A stretch of DNA of 64,000 nt, taken from assembly GCA_965645245.1 (NCBI GenBank), contig OZ287069.1, forward strand, positions 2,852,001-2,916,000, in the 5' to 3' direction. The notes beneath the pieces were generated by a model, which was not told where the DNA came from, ran no database searches, and saw nothing but the letters and a program-made list of their open reading frames with translations. The position numbers and the translations under genes are program-made. Of the stretch, positions 1-11,051 are shown piece by piece. Positions within the stretch are counted from its first letter, which is position 1, and every line of letters starts with the position of its first letter. Origin of the DNA: Massalongia carnosa (Eukaryota).

Positions 1-167
1 GTCAGGCCCGGCACCCTGCCGGCGCTCAGGATTCGCAGTAGCGTGAGACGTAGTAGGTCCTATGGGTAGGTACGCTAAGAAGTAGTCATAGCATACCACG
101 AGTTTAATAATCATTATACGTCAGATAAACGCTATGAACTCGAAATCAATCTTGTTATTTTAATTTG

Positions 168-1420
168 CTAAGGAGTGTAATCTCTATCGTTAACGTTGTG
201 ATTACGCCTGGCAAGGTCTAGAAGCATTTTACAACAACGTTCCACTGCGAGCTCCTTACGAGCTGTTTCCAAATGAAGCCTCAACCGATCGAAGGTCAAT
301 GGAAACCTTATGTTTCCCCCGTTTGTAGCATCGAGAGGGTAGAAGTCGCTCAACTTGAGGTCAAGTTCCGTAGTTGCATTATCCGGAACAAAAAACCATT
401 AAAACCCCGAGTTAGCGTACATTAGCTGAATAAAAGAAAAGAAGTACAGCTCACTAATCGAGTTCCCTGCTGCTTCGCCTCTCCATTCACTGTATCTCTC
501 TTCCATATCTCGAGAAACACGCACTTGTTACTAACCTAAACCAAATTGTTTATCTGGAGCGGGCCAAAGCTGTCGTTCGGATCTTTAAGAGTGACCATAG
601 AAGTATCAAGATCTTTAGGATTAGGGAACCCAAGGTCCTCGAACTCATCATCTTCCAGTTTGCTGGTAGGGGAATAGTATCGTGGATTCTCCTCCACTTT
701 GATTAGGATCACAGTCCTCATATCCCTGTTTCCTTCTATCCATAACTTGACGTCGTCAATAAGTTCTTCTTATGTTTCTGTGAAACAGATTTCAACCACA
801 GCGGTGTATAAGACTTTATGATCTTGTCCTTTTTACTTGAACAGCACGTCTGGTTCCTTCGTACTACCCTCGTAAGCCCCTGTAAAGGCTTCTACTCTTT
901 GAATCCCTACAACATCGATTTGCCTCGCTATTTCAGACCGAAAGTCCTGTATAGCAATAGTATCGCTTCTAATGAAGGGAGACGCAAGAATCTCGCGAAT
1001 AGGTGAGGGCATCCATTGGATAATCCCAGTGCAACTTCGGGAGCTGAAGGAGATAGATGGCCAACTATAACAAGTCATGTTAGCTATCATAATTTGCATA
1101 TTAGGGTCTAAAGAGTATACCGAAGATCAAGTCCATCATAACCAATGGCTTCATCCAGCTTTCGAAAATAATTTGCTGGCATTTGTACTCGTTCTACACT
1201 ATGCAAAGGTATGAACTTCTGTTTTCTGCGTTCCTTGTTGGCGAGGACACTCTCTTTAAGTCTTGCCTTGTATATTGTAAGGTCTGAAGGCGTAAACATC
1301 TCGAGTGGGCTTTCAGGAGGGGTTGCTGGATGATTCGACCCGATAGGAGGACTGGTAGTTGGTAAGACATTGTGCTTCAGAAGAGGTGCACGCTGGACGT
1401 CTTCTGGTGGCGTTATCTTT
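168..1420 (-). pseudogene. Decayed fungal PD-(D/E)XK (Uma2-like) nuclease-fold gene
   Basis: ORF fragments 1108-1299, 833-1099, 536-721 and 168-353 join across stops and frameshifts into '[11 protein letters not shown]...[43 protein letters not shown]'. This resembles the KEPD...VVE.G.SE...L..D.KLW pattern of fungal restriction-endonuclease-fold proteins. Boundaries approximate. Confidence 0.5.
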
Positions 1421-1627
1421 CATTGCGACGGCATTTTCCAGAATGGCGATGCAGTAGAATAAGAGGCTCTGGAGAGTGACTGAAAGGCTGGACCTTGGCC
1501 AGAAGGCTGACGAGGGTTTGAGCCTTCATACCCACTGTGTTACGGGAAGTCCATCGCTTCTGACAAGACCAAAGCTAGATCGAAGGACCTTTGTCTTTAA
1601 GTAAGGAAGCACATAAAACCTGCGTAT

Positions 1628-1688
1628 TGTCAAAACACTAAACCCGAACCGAGTCAGGGTATACCCGTTGGGGTTTAGTGTTTTGACA
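1628..1688. repeat. Perfect 18-bp inverted repeat with 25-bp spacer
   Basis: TGTCAAAACACTAAACCC (1628-1645) / GGGTTTAGTGTTTTGACA (1671-1688); the spacer contains the palindrome GGGTATACCC. Confidence 0.85.
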
Positions 1689-1919
1689 CGATTACTCGCT
1701 ATCCCGGAGAATTTACTAAGAGAAAAGTAATATCCATCCTTGATTAATTATTATTATTCGGGTAGGACTTTTTAAAAAGAAAATTCCCTCGTTCTTTTTA
1801 TTGCTTGAATTTTTCAACCTTAGTTTTTAGTATGATATTTTATTCATGAAGCGTTTTTCCCCCCTATGAAGCCGTAATCGAAAGTACTGTAGGGTTGGGG
1901 CTGCTACTACACCACCTGG

Positions 1920-3160
1920 CCAAAAAAGACCTGCAGTGATTTGGATGAAATGCCTCCTTGTAAGCCAGAGCAAGAGCATTCTCCTCCGTAATTGGGTTCT
2001 AGAGAAGTTTGCCTCGCCAGATTGCAGTCACTGTTTCATTAATTCCAGGAGGGCTTCGAAAGTCTCTTCGAAATCTTCTCCAGAAGGGTAGTCCAGTTTA
2101 AAAAACTTGTCCGCGAGTAATCGTGTCTGAAGATGCCGATTATTTCGATTAGAATGACGGGAATTTTACTAGAAGCTACCCGATGAGCTTGAATCTAGTT
2201 GTAGCTGCTCAAGGCGCTGGAGAGCCCAGGCCCGGTCTCGGAGGAAATCTCGCACTATGTTAACTCTAGCTAAAAAGGCTGCGACGTTAATCTTTTGGTC
2301 CTGAATGGAAGCTTGAACTGGATCATGCTAATGGAGGTAGTATTCTAGGTGGTGAAAAAAAAGAAGTATTCGTGGAAGAATATCAAGGCGGTTCCCATCT
2401 TCGTTTAGGCAATCTTCGTAATCTAAGATCAAGGGGTCAGAATTTAGTAGCAAATGTGGGTGCTGAACGCTGCAGCACTCACGATTCCATTTCGTCTTTC
2501 GTGATACTAAGCGGTCCTTTGAAGTTTTGGTCCACGTGAGGAATAACGTGATGCCATCATGCAAAGCCAAGAGTGTGGAATCTCAGAGAGATCAAGAGAC
2601 TCCGTTACGCGGAAATAGTTTGCCTAACCCCAAACGATCTCAACCCGGGTGCACATCTTCTCTCGAAGAGTTGCTGTCCAATTTTCATATCACTCAGCTG
2701 TTTTTCTGCTGTATTTCTTCGTACCATCCGATTTACTTTCTCTTCTAGAGTAGTGATCGAACCAGAAAGCGTTTTCTTTGCTAATCTTTTGTTTACGACC
2801 AATCGAATACATGGATTTGCGGGAATACTTCGCCATTCAATAGGAATTGGGTGCGAAAATTAGGATGGTTCAAATGAAGGCCAATTTTTGCCTTATGAAT
2901 CTGTCTTGACGGAGATACCGATTCTGATCGTTTTCGTAAAGGCAGCCAGGATTCCGTCACTTCGGTCTTGGATTGCACAAACTCGCGATTCAAGTTCTAC
3001 TCAGAGTCAGACTCATAGGTGAAAGGTTAGCGTTTAGCTCCAGGTCCCTTAAAAATGGCTCGACGCGTCTAAGGGCGGTGGGCTGAAGTTCCGTGAGGTA
3101 GAGTTCGGGTTGCGGCAAATACGTGTTGTCAAAGAAGTGATAATTACTTGCTTGCGCCAT
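1920..3160 (-). pseudogene. Probable decayed gene of unknown function
   Basis: Series of short minus-strand ORFs (2793-2993, 2605-2802, 2328-2570) with protein-like composition, broken by stops and frameshifts; no family recognised. Confidence 0.3.
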
Positions 3161-3245
3161 TGTTTAGTATGTTAGAAGCACTCCCTCTGGGGTTTCGTAG
3201 GGCCTTGACGCCTACCAATACTTACCTCCCCACTCTCCCCTAGGG

Positions 3246-5758
3246 ATGCCCGCCGAGACTCCCCCCCCCTTCCCGTTCCTTGCTCCACCCACACAAGGCC
3301 TGGAAGCCGGGTGGCTGAGCTTACTACGTATGCAGCAAATTTTGGATGTGGAGATGCTTCTTCCCCTATATCCAAAAAAAATCCGTGCGCAGTCGACGAT
3401 GAAGAACTCTCGATTGATGCCAGACTCCGGTTACTACGCTACGGGCAATTCTCAACTCAAATCCCTCGCTCGAGAATCCCGAAGAGCAGAAGAGATAGAG
3501 TTGGAAATTCGCCTCTCTGTTGCCACCTACCAACCTCGAGAAGGCAGACGTCACAATGTCGTTGAAATGAATCAGTCATTCCGATCCTCCAATGGAGGAC
3601 ACGCCAATACTTGCCATTCTGTTCCCTCGTCTGAGATCATTGATGAAGAGAGTGGTGTTACCTACTTGGTGGTGAATAGGTCCGCAAAGGTCGTTAACAG
3701 TTCCGATTAGCATCTTGGGAGGCTTGACAAACTAACAGCGATCGAGGCCGCCATCATGCTGGTTCAAAACCAGCCAAGATACCGGTTCTGTTTCAAATAC
3801 CTCATGTCTGACCGAGCAAAAGTCGAATACGAAAGGAAATGGCATTTTCCTGGTCGAGCTCCTCGATGTGATTGGGAAAATTCTGGATTCGACAAGAGAA
3901 TCTAAGATAGCAACCATCGATTCAACCACATCAGATTCGAGCATAAAATGCAACCGTTCCCGCACTACAAGATCAAACCAATTGTGGAGGTCGCCTCGAA
4001 TCTCGGGGAGCGTGCTTCAGCGTTGCACAATATGCGGGGATGATTTTCTTGACTTGAGCCGTCACACCAAGTGCAGCCCATGCGGAAGCGATCACCGGTG
4101 TCCGGTCTGCGAACTTAGGTTCAATGACTCTTGCAAGCTTGATGACCATATCAAGCGCCATAACCTTCATCGAGAGAGGATTTATTGCCCGGAGAAGGAC
4201 TGTAACAAGCCGTTCGCGACAAAGCAAGGCCTCGATGAGCACATCCAATGCATTCACCAAGGCAAAAAAACGTATCTGCCCTTATTGTCACAAAACCTTC
4301 CACTACTTTGGTGTCTACTTCGACAGACATGTCAGAATACACACCTCGGCCAGGACTCGGGGCTGCAGAATCACCGGTGCACCCATGAGGGTTGCACAAG
4401 GAATTTCACACTTCGTCAGCTCTAAAAGAGCATATCGATTCTCAGAACCTTCGAATTATGTTCCAATGCGACATTGACGGCTGTGGTGCCATGTTTCACC
4501 AGAACGCCGGTTGGATCCAGCACTGCCACCGAGTGCATGAAGGGGTTGAAAAGGCAGCTCTCTTGCGTTCCAGAATCAACAAGAGTAACCAACAGCTACA
4601 GGCGGCCCTAAATGAAAAGGCGGAGAATGGGTTTTGTTGCGTTATTGTGGCCTGCCCCGACAAGGCCACCATCAATGGTGGGCGAGTCATTTCTGCCTGC
4701 GAGAGAGACATCGCAAAACGTGACTGCAGCGGACGGCGTTGCGCCTTAGGATCCCGGCTTCGCGTCGTCCACGGCATGGCTGGGGAATCCATATAAGCAA
4801 CCCGAATGAAATGATAGCATGTCTGTCCATGGTTACCGTCCCATCTGCTGTTGTTAGTCTGGTTCGCAAGATCGAACAGGTAGACATACGAGGCGGGGAT
4901 TTCTACCTTGATTTCGAATTCGTGTCACTAGGACGTTTTTCGAGAAGACAAATCACCAATTCAGAGATTTCCTGTCGAAATCGCAGTTCGCCGCCTGGAT
5001 TGACAAGTTGTCATTGAAACCCTCACCAAGTACGATAAGCCAATCTCGGAACTCCTGGCTGGTATTCCTCGTACTGGATCTACGGCCAATTTCTCTTGGG
5101 CCGTCATGAGGAAGGTCTATGGCCAAGAAGAAGAGACATTCGGAAAGACATGGGACGAAGTCAGGCATCTATTGTACGACGCCGGCATGAAAAAAGACAG
5201 CTATGTGGTGGAATGGTCCAACAGTAGGGTAGACTACAGTTTCTTGAAGATAATCATGCAACCACACACTCCTTCAAACTCTATTCTCTTATCCATTTCT
5301 AGAGGAACCGTCCTCCCTGGATTCTCAAGTATGAAACTGAGCTACTTCTGTGCTTTTCTCTATTCGAATTCCAGCATCCACGAGTACATTCACCAGGCGA
5401 GTTTTGATAGCCTAATGCTCGTTGAGGCAATGAGGGCTTTGATTGACCTTGCTCATCGGGATGCCCCTAGAGCTGAAGAATTTGGTACGGGCGAACTACG
5501 GATTGATGAACAGATATCTCGGCTGCAAGAGCAACTGGAAATGGAGTACGACAAGAACGACAAATCCGATGATAGCCAAAGCGGGAAAGACGTCGACTCA
5601 CTCGAGGCTCAGATTGCTCACTCGAGGCGATGAAAGCAATGACTGATGAAGAAAAAGAACTCGCTGATCTCTTTCTGAAATCTTTCGGTATACTACCGTC
5701 TATCGACTCAATCTCTGGTCCCACGAACAGCAGCAGTGTCGGGGAACGAGGTTCTTAA
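3246..5758 (+). pseudogene. Multi-C2H2 zinc-finger protein with C-terminal DEDDh-type exonuclease-like domain, frameshifted
   Basis: Fingers CPVC..HIKRH, CPEKDC..HIQCIH, CPYC..HVRIH, CTHEGC..HIDS and CDIDGC..HCHRVH lie in alternating frames. Downstream are FYLDFEF (ExoI), EWSNSRVDYSFL (ExoII) and HQASFD (ExoIII). Several frameshifts, one at the A7 run near 4264-4270. Confidence 0.6.
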
Positions 5759-6199
5759 GTCGAATCGGAAAGCTGAAAGAGTTTCACGATCACGGTACGC
5801 GTGACCCGTGATCATGGAGTGCACAGATGATGGTCAGATACGGCAATGTCGTTGGCAGACCAACCACCACTTATATTTAGTTTAGGGCCTCTCTTCCCTC
5901 CCCACAGCCATCTTGGAAGCATCGAAGCCAGGGCCCAACACTTCGACTGGCCTTACTGACCCATGCGGTAATGAGGAAGTTGACATCCAAAGTGAGAGGG
6001 TTGTTCGTAGAAACGCCCTACAGCAGCCACACATGTAGAGGGCTGAAGCGTATTACCGCAACCTCCAGCGTAGATTGGGAGCGTAGCTATCGAGTGGAAA
6101 AAGCCTAATGTATTAAATGGCAATGATCCTCCCTTCGCATCAAACCCCTCTCCTCCGACAGTTCTCCGCTGTGCAGCTGCCGTCTTGTCAGGTTACGAA

Positions 6200-6880
6200 C
6201 TAAGTGCTTGCTAGTCGTTCCTCAATCACTGCGACAATCTCATGCCAATCGCACATTGCTCCCAGTCCGACGTCACCACATGCTAATTGTTTTACCTGTG
6301 GCGATAATATTTCAAACCAGTCCCATTCCTCGGCAAGTATCGCTATTTGCTTTGCCGTGATAGGATTTTGCCACATCATCTGGTTCATCGCTGGCGCTGC
6401 AATAATTGCACGTTTTACGTCCCAAGCGCGAATTACATTGGTTAGGAGGTCGTCGCAGAGACCCCCTGTAGCCTTTGCCAAAAGATTCGCAGACATTGGG
6501 ACAATCGCGAGGAGGTGAGCCCAGCGGCGGAGCTCTATATGTAGTATCTTCGAATGCCTTATCCACGGATCGATCCACTCGTCTTCGTCGAGATAAACGG
6601 CATCCACGTTGGGGAGTAAGGCCAAGGAAGGAACGGTAGGCTGCTCAAGAGACTGACCAGCAAGAAAATGAGTTGCCGCTTTGGTGATGATGACTCGAAT
6701 CGAGAGATTCGGGTGGTTTTCAAACGAGGAAATAATCATGGGTAGTTTGATAGTAGCAACAGAGCCACTTGCGGCTAAAAGCAGATGCTTTTTGCCATCA
6801 TTGATTGCGTCTGAAACGACTGCTGCTGGAACTCGATACGTTCCTTGAACGCTTGCTTCGTGTCTGGTTGCCATGGTCAT
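6200..6880 (-). CDS. HAL3: Phosphopantothenoylcysteine decarboxylase (HAL3/CoaC, HFCD flavoprotein family)
   Basis: LLLAASGSVATIK, LHIELRRWA (catalytic His), PMSANLLAK..GGLCDDLLT, PAMN and LACGDVGLGAM (catalytic Cys) motifs in an intact 226-aa ORF. Confidence 0.9.
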   Translation of the reverse strand: MTMATRHEASVQGTYRVPAAVVSDAINDGKKHLLLAASGSVATIKLPMIISSFENHPNLSIRVIITKAATHFLAGQSLEQPTVPSLALLPNVDAVYLDEDEWIDPWIRHSKILHIELRRWAHLLAIVPMSANLLAKATGGLCDDLLTNVIRAWDVKRAIIAAPAMNQMMWQNPITAKQIAILAEEWDWFEILSPQVKQLACGDVGLGAMCDWHEIVAVIEERLAST

Positions 6881-7697
6881 CTCGACTATTCAGACAGGTC
6901 TAGATCAAATTAGCATATTGGATTCTCGCCAGGAAATGGGAAGTCATACGCTGACCACTACACCGTAGAACCGAATGATAAGAACTAAGAGTAATAATCA
7001 TCAATATATGTAGTATTGGGTATACTTTTAGCATTGATTACTAATAAATATTCGCGGTATATGATCATTTATGTGCAAGGTCATCCGAAGAGTGGGACAC
7101 ACTGGACAACGAGACTAACTTCATTTCGCTTAACGTTTGAAGCCTAAATTTCACTCGCTTTACATAATAAAAAGAAATAAATAAAAAGAAAAGAAAAGAA
7201 AATTTATAAATTATAAATTTACGTTTTTGTTTTGTCGTAATATCGCGATTCGAAACTCATTTGATATTTGTCGTCCGCCGTACGCTGGAATCAGAATCGG
7301 AATGTTTTCCAACCTCGCGATCCCGTATTTAAGCGCGGTCAAGTCTTTTAATTTTCTTGACTTTTTTTAAAGATGTTATTCTTTTTATTAGTTATTAATT
7401 ATTTAAATTTTATAAGAATAAAATGGTTCTCCAAGTAAGTGTTCATGATGATGATGATGATGATGATGTATTTATACTCCGATATGACACCGGCCGTAGG
7501 CCGGCCCATGCGGGCAAAGCTATCTAAGTTATGTTACATGGAAAACCTTTCACAGGTGTAAAAACCATGTCCCTTGATACCCGTCCGATGTGACTACGGG
7601 TCGACGTCGGGCGGGAGACGCAGTGCAAAAGCCGTGTGGGAACTGTAATGCCTTGTGAAAAGAGAAGAAAGAAAGAAAGGTTCAACTATTGTTGATT

Positions 7698-10600
7698 TTA
7701 CAATAATGTTGATGCTAGTGAGAATTGATTCAATAAGCCTGTTTTCATTAGCCAAGCAGTTAGTATCTTCAGAGTTTTTGATGATTTGGTCAGCTGCTGA
7801 TAGTCGCTCGTGCCGGCGGCGCGAAACATCTGTTCTCTATTGTCAATAAGTCTGCAGAACATGATTACATGTTCTGGAGTTTGTCTGTGCCAGCCACATG
7901 AGCAGGCCGGTGAGGTGACGGAGGGCACCCGTCGCTTGTAGAGGAAGTCAGCTAACCCGATTTTGCCAGTGCGGATTTGAGTTGTTAGAGCGCTTTCTGC
8001 CTTTTTTAGCTGCGTGTGTATTTTCAGCCGTTTTTTGCTCAGTGGGACTGATTGTGCTATGGAGGGTTCGATGACGCGATTTTGATATGCGCACCACGAG
8101 TCGTTCCAGACCTTCATTTGTCGTGCTTTGATTGTTTGCATCTGCTTGTGTCGGGCCGTTGCCGCAACGGTAGCTTCGCGGTGCCACGCCGGGTAGACTT
8201 CGAACCATGGTGGGTGTGCCTTTGGTGGTTGAACTATTTTTGAGTCGATCAGTAGGCTTTTGGCCCAGATGTGTTTCAGCTCTCCCGGGGTGGGCTTTTG
8301 AAGTCGTTTGCGACCTGCCTTGCCTCGAAGTTTGTCAGCTATTTTGTTGCATGCGGAGGAGATGATCTTCAATTGGCCTCCGGCTCGGAGCCGGTGCCTT
8401 GCCTGTGCTTGTAGCATGTCGAGATGCGTGTCTATGGGCGCTATGAATGTCTCTGCTTCTAGTACTGAGATGGGAGTGGCTTTAAAGGCACCGGCTATGG
8501 TGCGAAGGCAATTGTTTTGCATGACGGAGAGCTTGCTCGTTGACGTTTTTGACTTTTTGACTTCTTTGGGCATGTGCCATACGGTTGACCCATATGTCAT
8601 GGCCGGACGCACCACGGCACTGTAAACCTGCCTTGCCTTGGCGAAGGTGGCACCCCAGGTTGATGTGGAAATTTTTGTCAATGCCATGGATTGTTTGACC
8701 ATTTTCTCTTGCGTTTTGCGAACGTGCGGTCCCCATTTCAATTTGGTGTCGATTTGTAGGCCCAATACTCTGATGTCCGTTTTAGGTTCAATTTCGGTGC
8801 TAGCAATATTGATGGATGCAGTCATGTTGAATCTTTTGGGATTTCTGGACAAGTGTATGAGTTCGTACTTCGTCGGAGCGAATACGGACCCGTGCCGGGA
8901 AGCCCACGTCTCACATTGTCTGTGTATTGCCTCTAGAGTTTTGCAGTTTTCCTCGGTGCTTTTTCCATATGCCAAAATGTTTGCGTCGTCTACGAATCCT
9001 ATGGCATTTGTGTTTTTGCCTGGTCGATCACATATTTCCAATAGATCTGCATTGTAAAATAGGTAAAGAATGGATGACAGGGGAGAGCCCTGTGGGATAC
9101 CCGTTCTTACCGCAAACCGCCCAGTGACTTTTCGATTTATTGCTAAAGTGGTGCTTCGATCGCTCAGAAAGCTGTTTAGCCAGTCGGTGATCCATTTTGG
9201 AATTTTTCTTTTCCGTAGGTTGTGCGTTAGTCGTTGATGTGATACCGTATCGAACGCGCCGGCGACGTCCATGCTTAGCAGTGTGGCTACTTTGTCTTTT
9301 CCCTGTCCCCAAATCGTGTGAACCTGTTCAGTTAGCAGTTCCAGTGCTGACTCTGTGGATCTGCCCTTCCTTGCTCCCATCTGTGTATCGGGTAGGAGCC
9401 GGTGTTTTTCCGCCAGATAGGTTATTTTCGATCCAATGATGGATTCCATAACTTTACTGAGCGTGTTGAGCAGTGCAATTGGTCGGTAGGCTTTCGGCGT
9501 GGTATAGTCTCCTTTGCCTATTTTTTTCAGCGCTATTGTGTTTGCCATTTTGAAGGCCCGCGGGTGGTACGAGTGTGTGACGCACGCCTGAAACAGAGGT
9601 GTTAGTAGTTCGACAAGTATTTCGCTGCATGCTTTGAGTATTCTGTTAGATATGCCGTCTGGGCCCGGTGCCTTATCGGACTTGAGCCGACTCAGGGCCG
9701 TCGATACTTCTGACTTGGTGATGATTATTGGGCAGTGCGGCGATGTAGGATAGAAGGATCCTTCTATGTCGCTTAGGTCGGCCGGTGGTGGTGCGGGAAA
9801 GAAGACACCTTTCAGCATTTCGGCTTTTTGGTCAAACGTGTCTGCTACTTGGTCATTGAATTTTAGCATCGGCATTTTGGATACTTCTCTAGATTGATGA
9901 CTTTTGTCTTTGGCCCATTTCGCTAGCCGCCATAGTCCCTGAGGCGTTTCGGTGGCCTTATTGATTTCTTGACGAAAGTTTGTTCTCTTTGCCTTTTGAA
10001 TGATTTTCTGTTTTTTATCATTGGATTTCATATAGTTAGACCAGTCCGTTAGGTCTAACGTGCTGGACCATATGCGGCGTAGTTTCCGTGTGGCTTTGGT
10101 GGCAATGCTGCATTCTTCTGTCCAGAATGGCTTAGCATATTCGCTAGATTTTGCCCATGGAACTGCTTCGTTGATGACATTTTGTAGAAATTTTTGAATC
10201 GATTCCGTGTACGCATCAATCTCGGCAGTGGTACGGGGAGACTCCGGTATAGGGGCGTGTCGTTCGGCCTCCCTTAATTTTTCCAGGTTTAGAAGTTTCC
10301 ATGCTCTGCGTTTGATTTTCGGTTGCGGCTCGCTTCCGAGTAGGATGCGGGTTGATATCGGCACGTGATCGGACGATTGATTCAATTCTGGTCTGGACAT
10401 GCAGTGTTCGAGTCTTTCGACTAGGTATTCTGACATGAAAACCAAATCTATCGTGCTAGACGTGTTTCTTGCTTCCCATGTTACGGTGCCTTTCGGCAGT
10501 GTCAACGAAAGATTATGATCATCGATTATTTCCAGTAATTGATCAGCAGCAGCGTGTTGTGTGGGTCTTGAGGGACCATTCCAAAAGGGATGATGCAGGT

Positions 10601-11051
10601 TGAAATCTCCAAGTAGTATGTGATGCGCATCGGCGGTAAGCATGCTCCGAGCCGCCGGTAAGGTCGTGTGACTGTCAGTGGATGAATAGGAAGCGGGAGA
10701 GGGGTTATACACATTATGGACGTGAATTGTTTCCATAACGCCTTCGGTGTAGGTCTTTATTTTCAAAGTGCACATGTCGGCCGAGGTGAATTCCACCTCC
10801 CAGCTGTCAGTGTCTATTAGGTCGTTGACATAAAAGCACACTCTGGTGTCACCTCCTGGGCGGTATAGGAGGTGAAAGCCGCTTTGATGAGAACTAAGCG
10901 ATGTGGGGGCGGATGGATTGCGCCACGGTTCCTGTATTGCAATAATATCATAGTCCTGGGTGTTTGTGTCTGCTAAGAGGGGTATCATAGTACTCACTCT
11001 GTCATTTCTGACATTATACTGCAATATAGAGAGGGATTTTGTGTCCCTCAT
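7698..11051 (-). CDS. LINE ORF2: APE endonuclease + reverse transcriptase + C-terminal cysteine-rich motif; no RNase H motif seen
   Basis: ILQYNV, IAIQEP, GDFNLHH, TIDLVF, SDH (APE); KAPGPDGI, YRPIALL, GIPQGSPLS, FVDD (RT); CSCG..QTPEHVIMFC. Intact 1117 aa. Confidence 0.95.
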   Translation of the reverse strand: MRDTKSLSILQYNVRNDRVSTMIPLLADTNTQDYDIIAIQEPWRNPSAPTSLSSHQSGFHLLYRPGGDTRVCFYVNDLIDTDSWEVEFTSADMCTLKIKTYTEGVMETIHVHNVYNPSPASYSSTDSHTTLPAARSMLTADAHHILLGDFNLHHPFWNGPSRPTQHAAADQLLEIIDDHNLSLTLPKGTVTWEARNTSSTIDLVFMSEYLVERLEHCMSRPELNQSSDHVPISTRILLGSEPQPKIKRRAWKLLNLEKLREAERHAPIPESPRTTAEIDAYTESIQKFLQNVINEAVPWAKSSEYAKPFWTEECSIATKATRKLRRIWSSTLDLTDWSNYMKSNDKKQKIIQKAKRTNFRQEINKATETPQGLWRLAKWAKDKSHQSREVSKMPMLKFNDQVADTFDQKAEMLKGVFFPAPPPADLSDIEGSFYPTSPHCPIIITKSEVSTALSRLKSDKAPGPDGISNRILKACSEILVELLTPLFQACVTHSYHPRAFKMANTIALKKIGKGDYTTPKAYRPIALLNTLSKVMESIIGSKITYLAEKHRLLPDTQMGARKGRSTESALELLTEQVHTIWGQGKDKVATLLSMDVAGAFDTVSHQRLTHNLRKRKIPKWITDWLNSFLSDRSTTLAINRKVTGRFAVRTGIPQGSPLSSILYLFYNADLLEICDRPGKNTNAIGFVDDANILAYGKSTEENCKTLEAIHRQCETWASRHGSVFAPTKYELIHLSRNPKRFNMTASINIASTEIEPKTDIRVLGLQIDTKLKWGPHVRKTQEKMVKQSMALTKISTSTWGATFAKARQVYSAVVRPAMTYGSTVWHMPKEVKKSKTSTSKLSVMQNNCLRTIAGAFKATPISVLEAETFIAPIDTHLDMLQAQARHRLRAGGQLKIISSACNKIADKLRGKAGRKRLQKPTPGELKHIWAKSLLIDSKIVQPPKAHPPWFEVYPAWHREATVAATARHKQMQTIKARQMKVWNDSWCAYQNRVIEPSIAQSVPLSKKRLKIHTQLKKAESALTTQIRTGKIGLADFLYKRRVPSVTSPACSCGWHRQTPEHVIMFCRLIDNREQMFRAAGTSDYQQLTKSSKTLKILTAWLMKTGLLNQFSLASTLL

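Noticed and set aside
7085..7434. AT-rich patch next to the LINE as a RIP-degraded element
   Set aside because: Suggestive composition, but no TIR pair, TSD or coding remnant could be identified.
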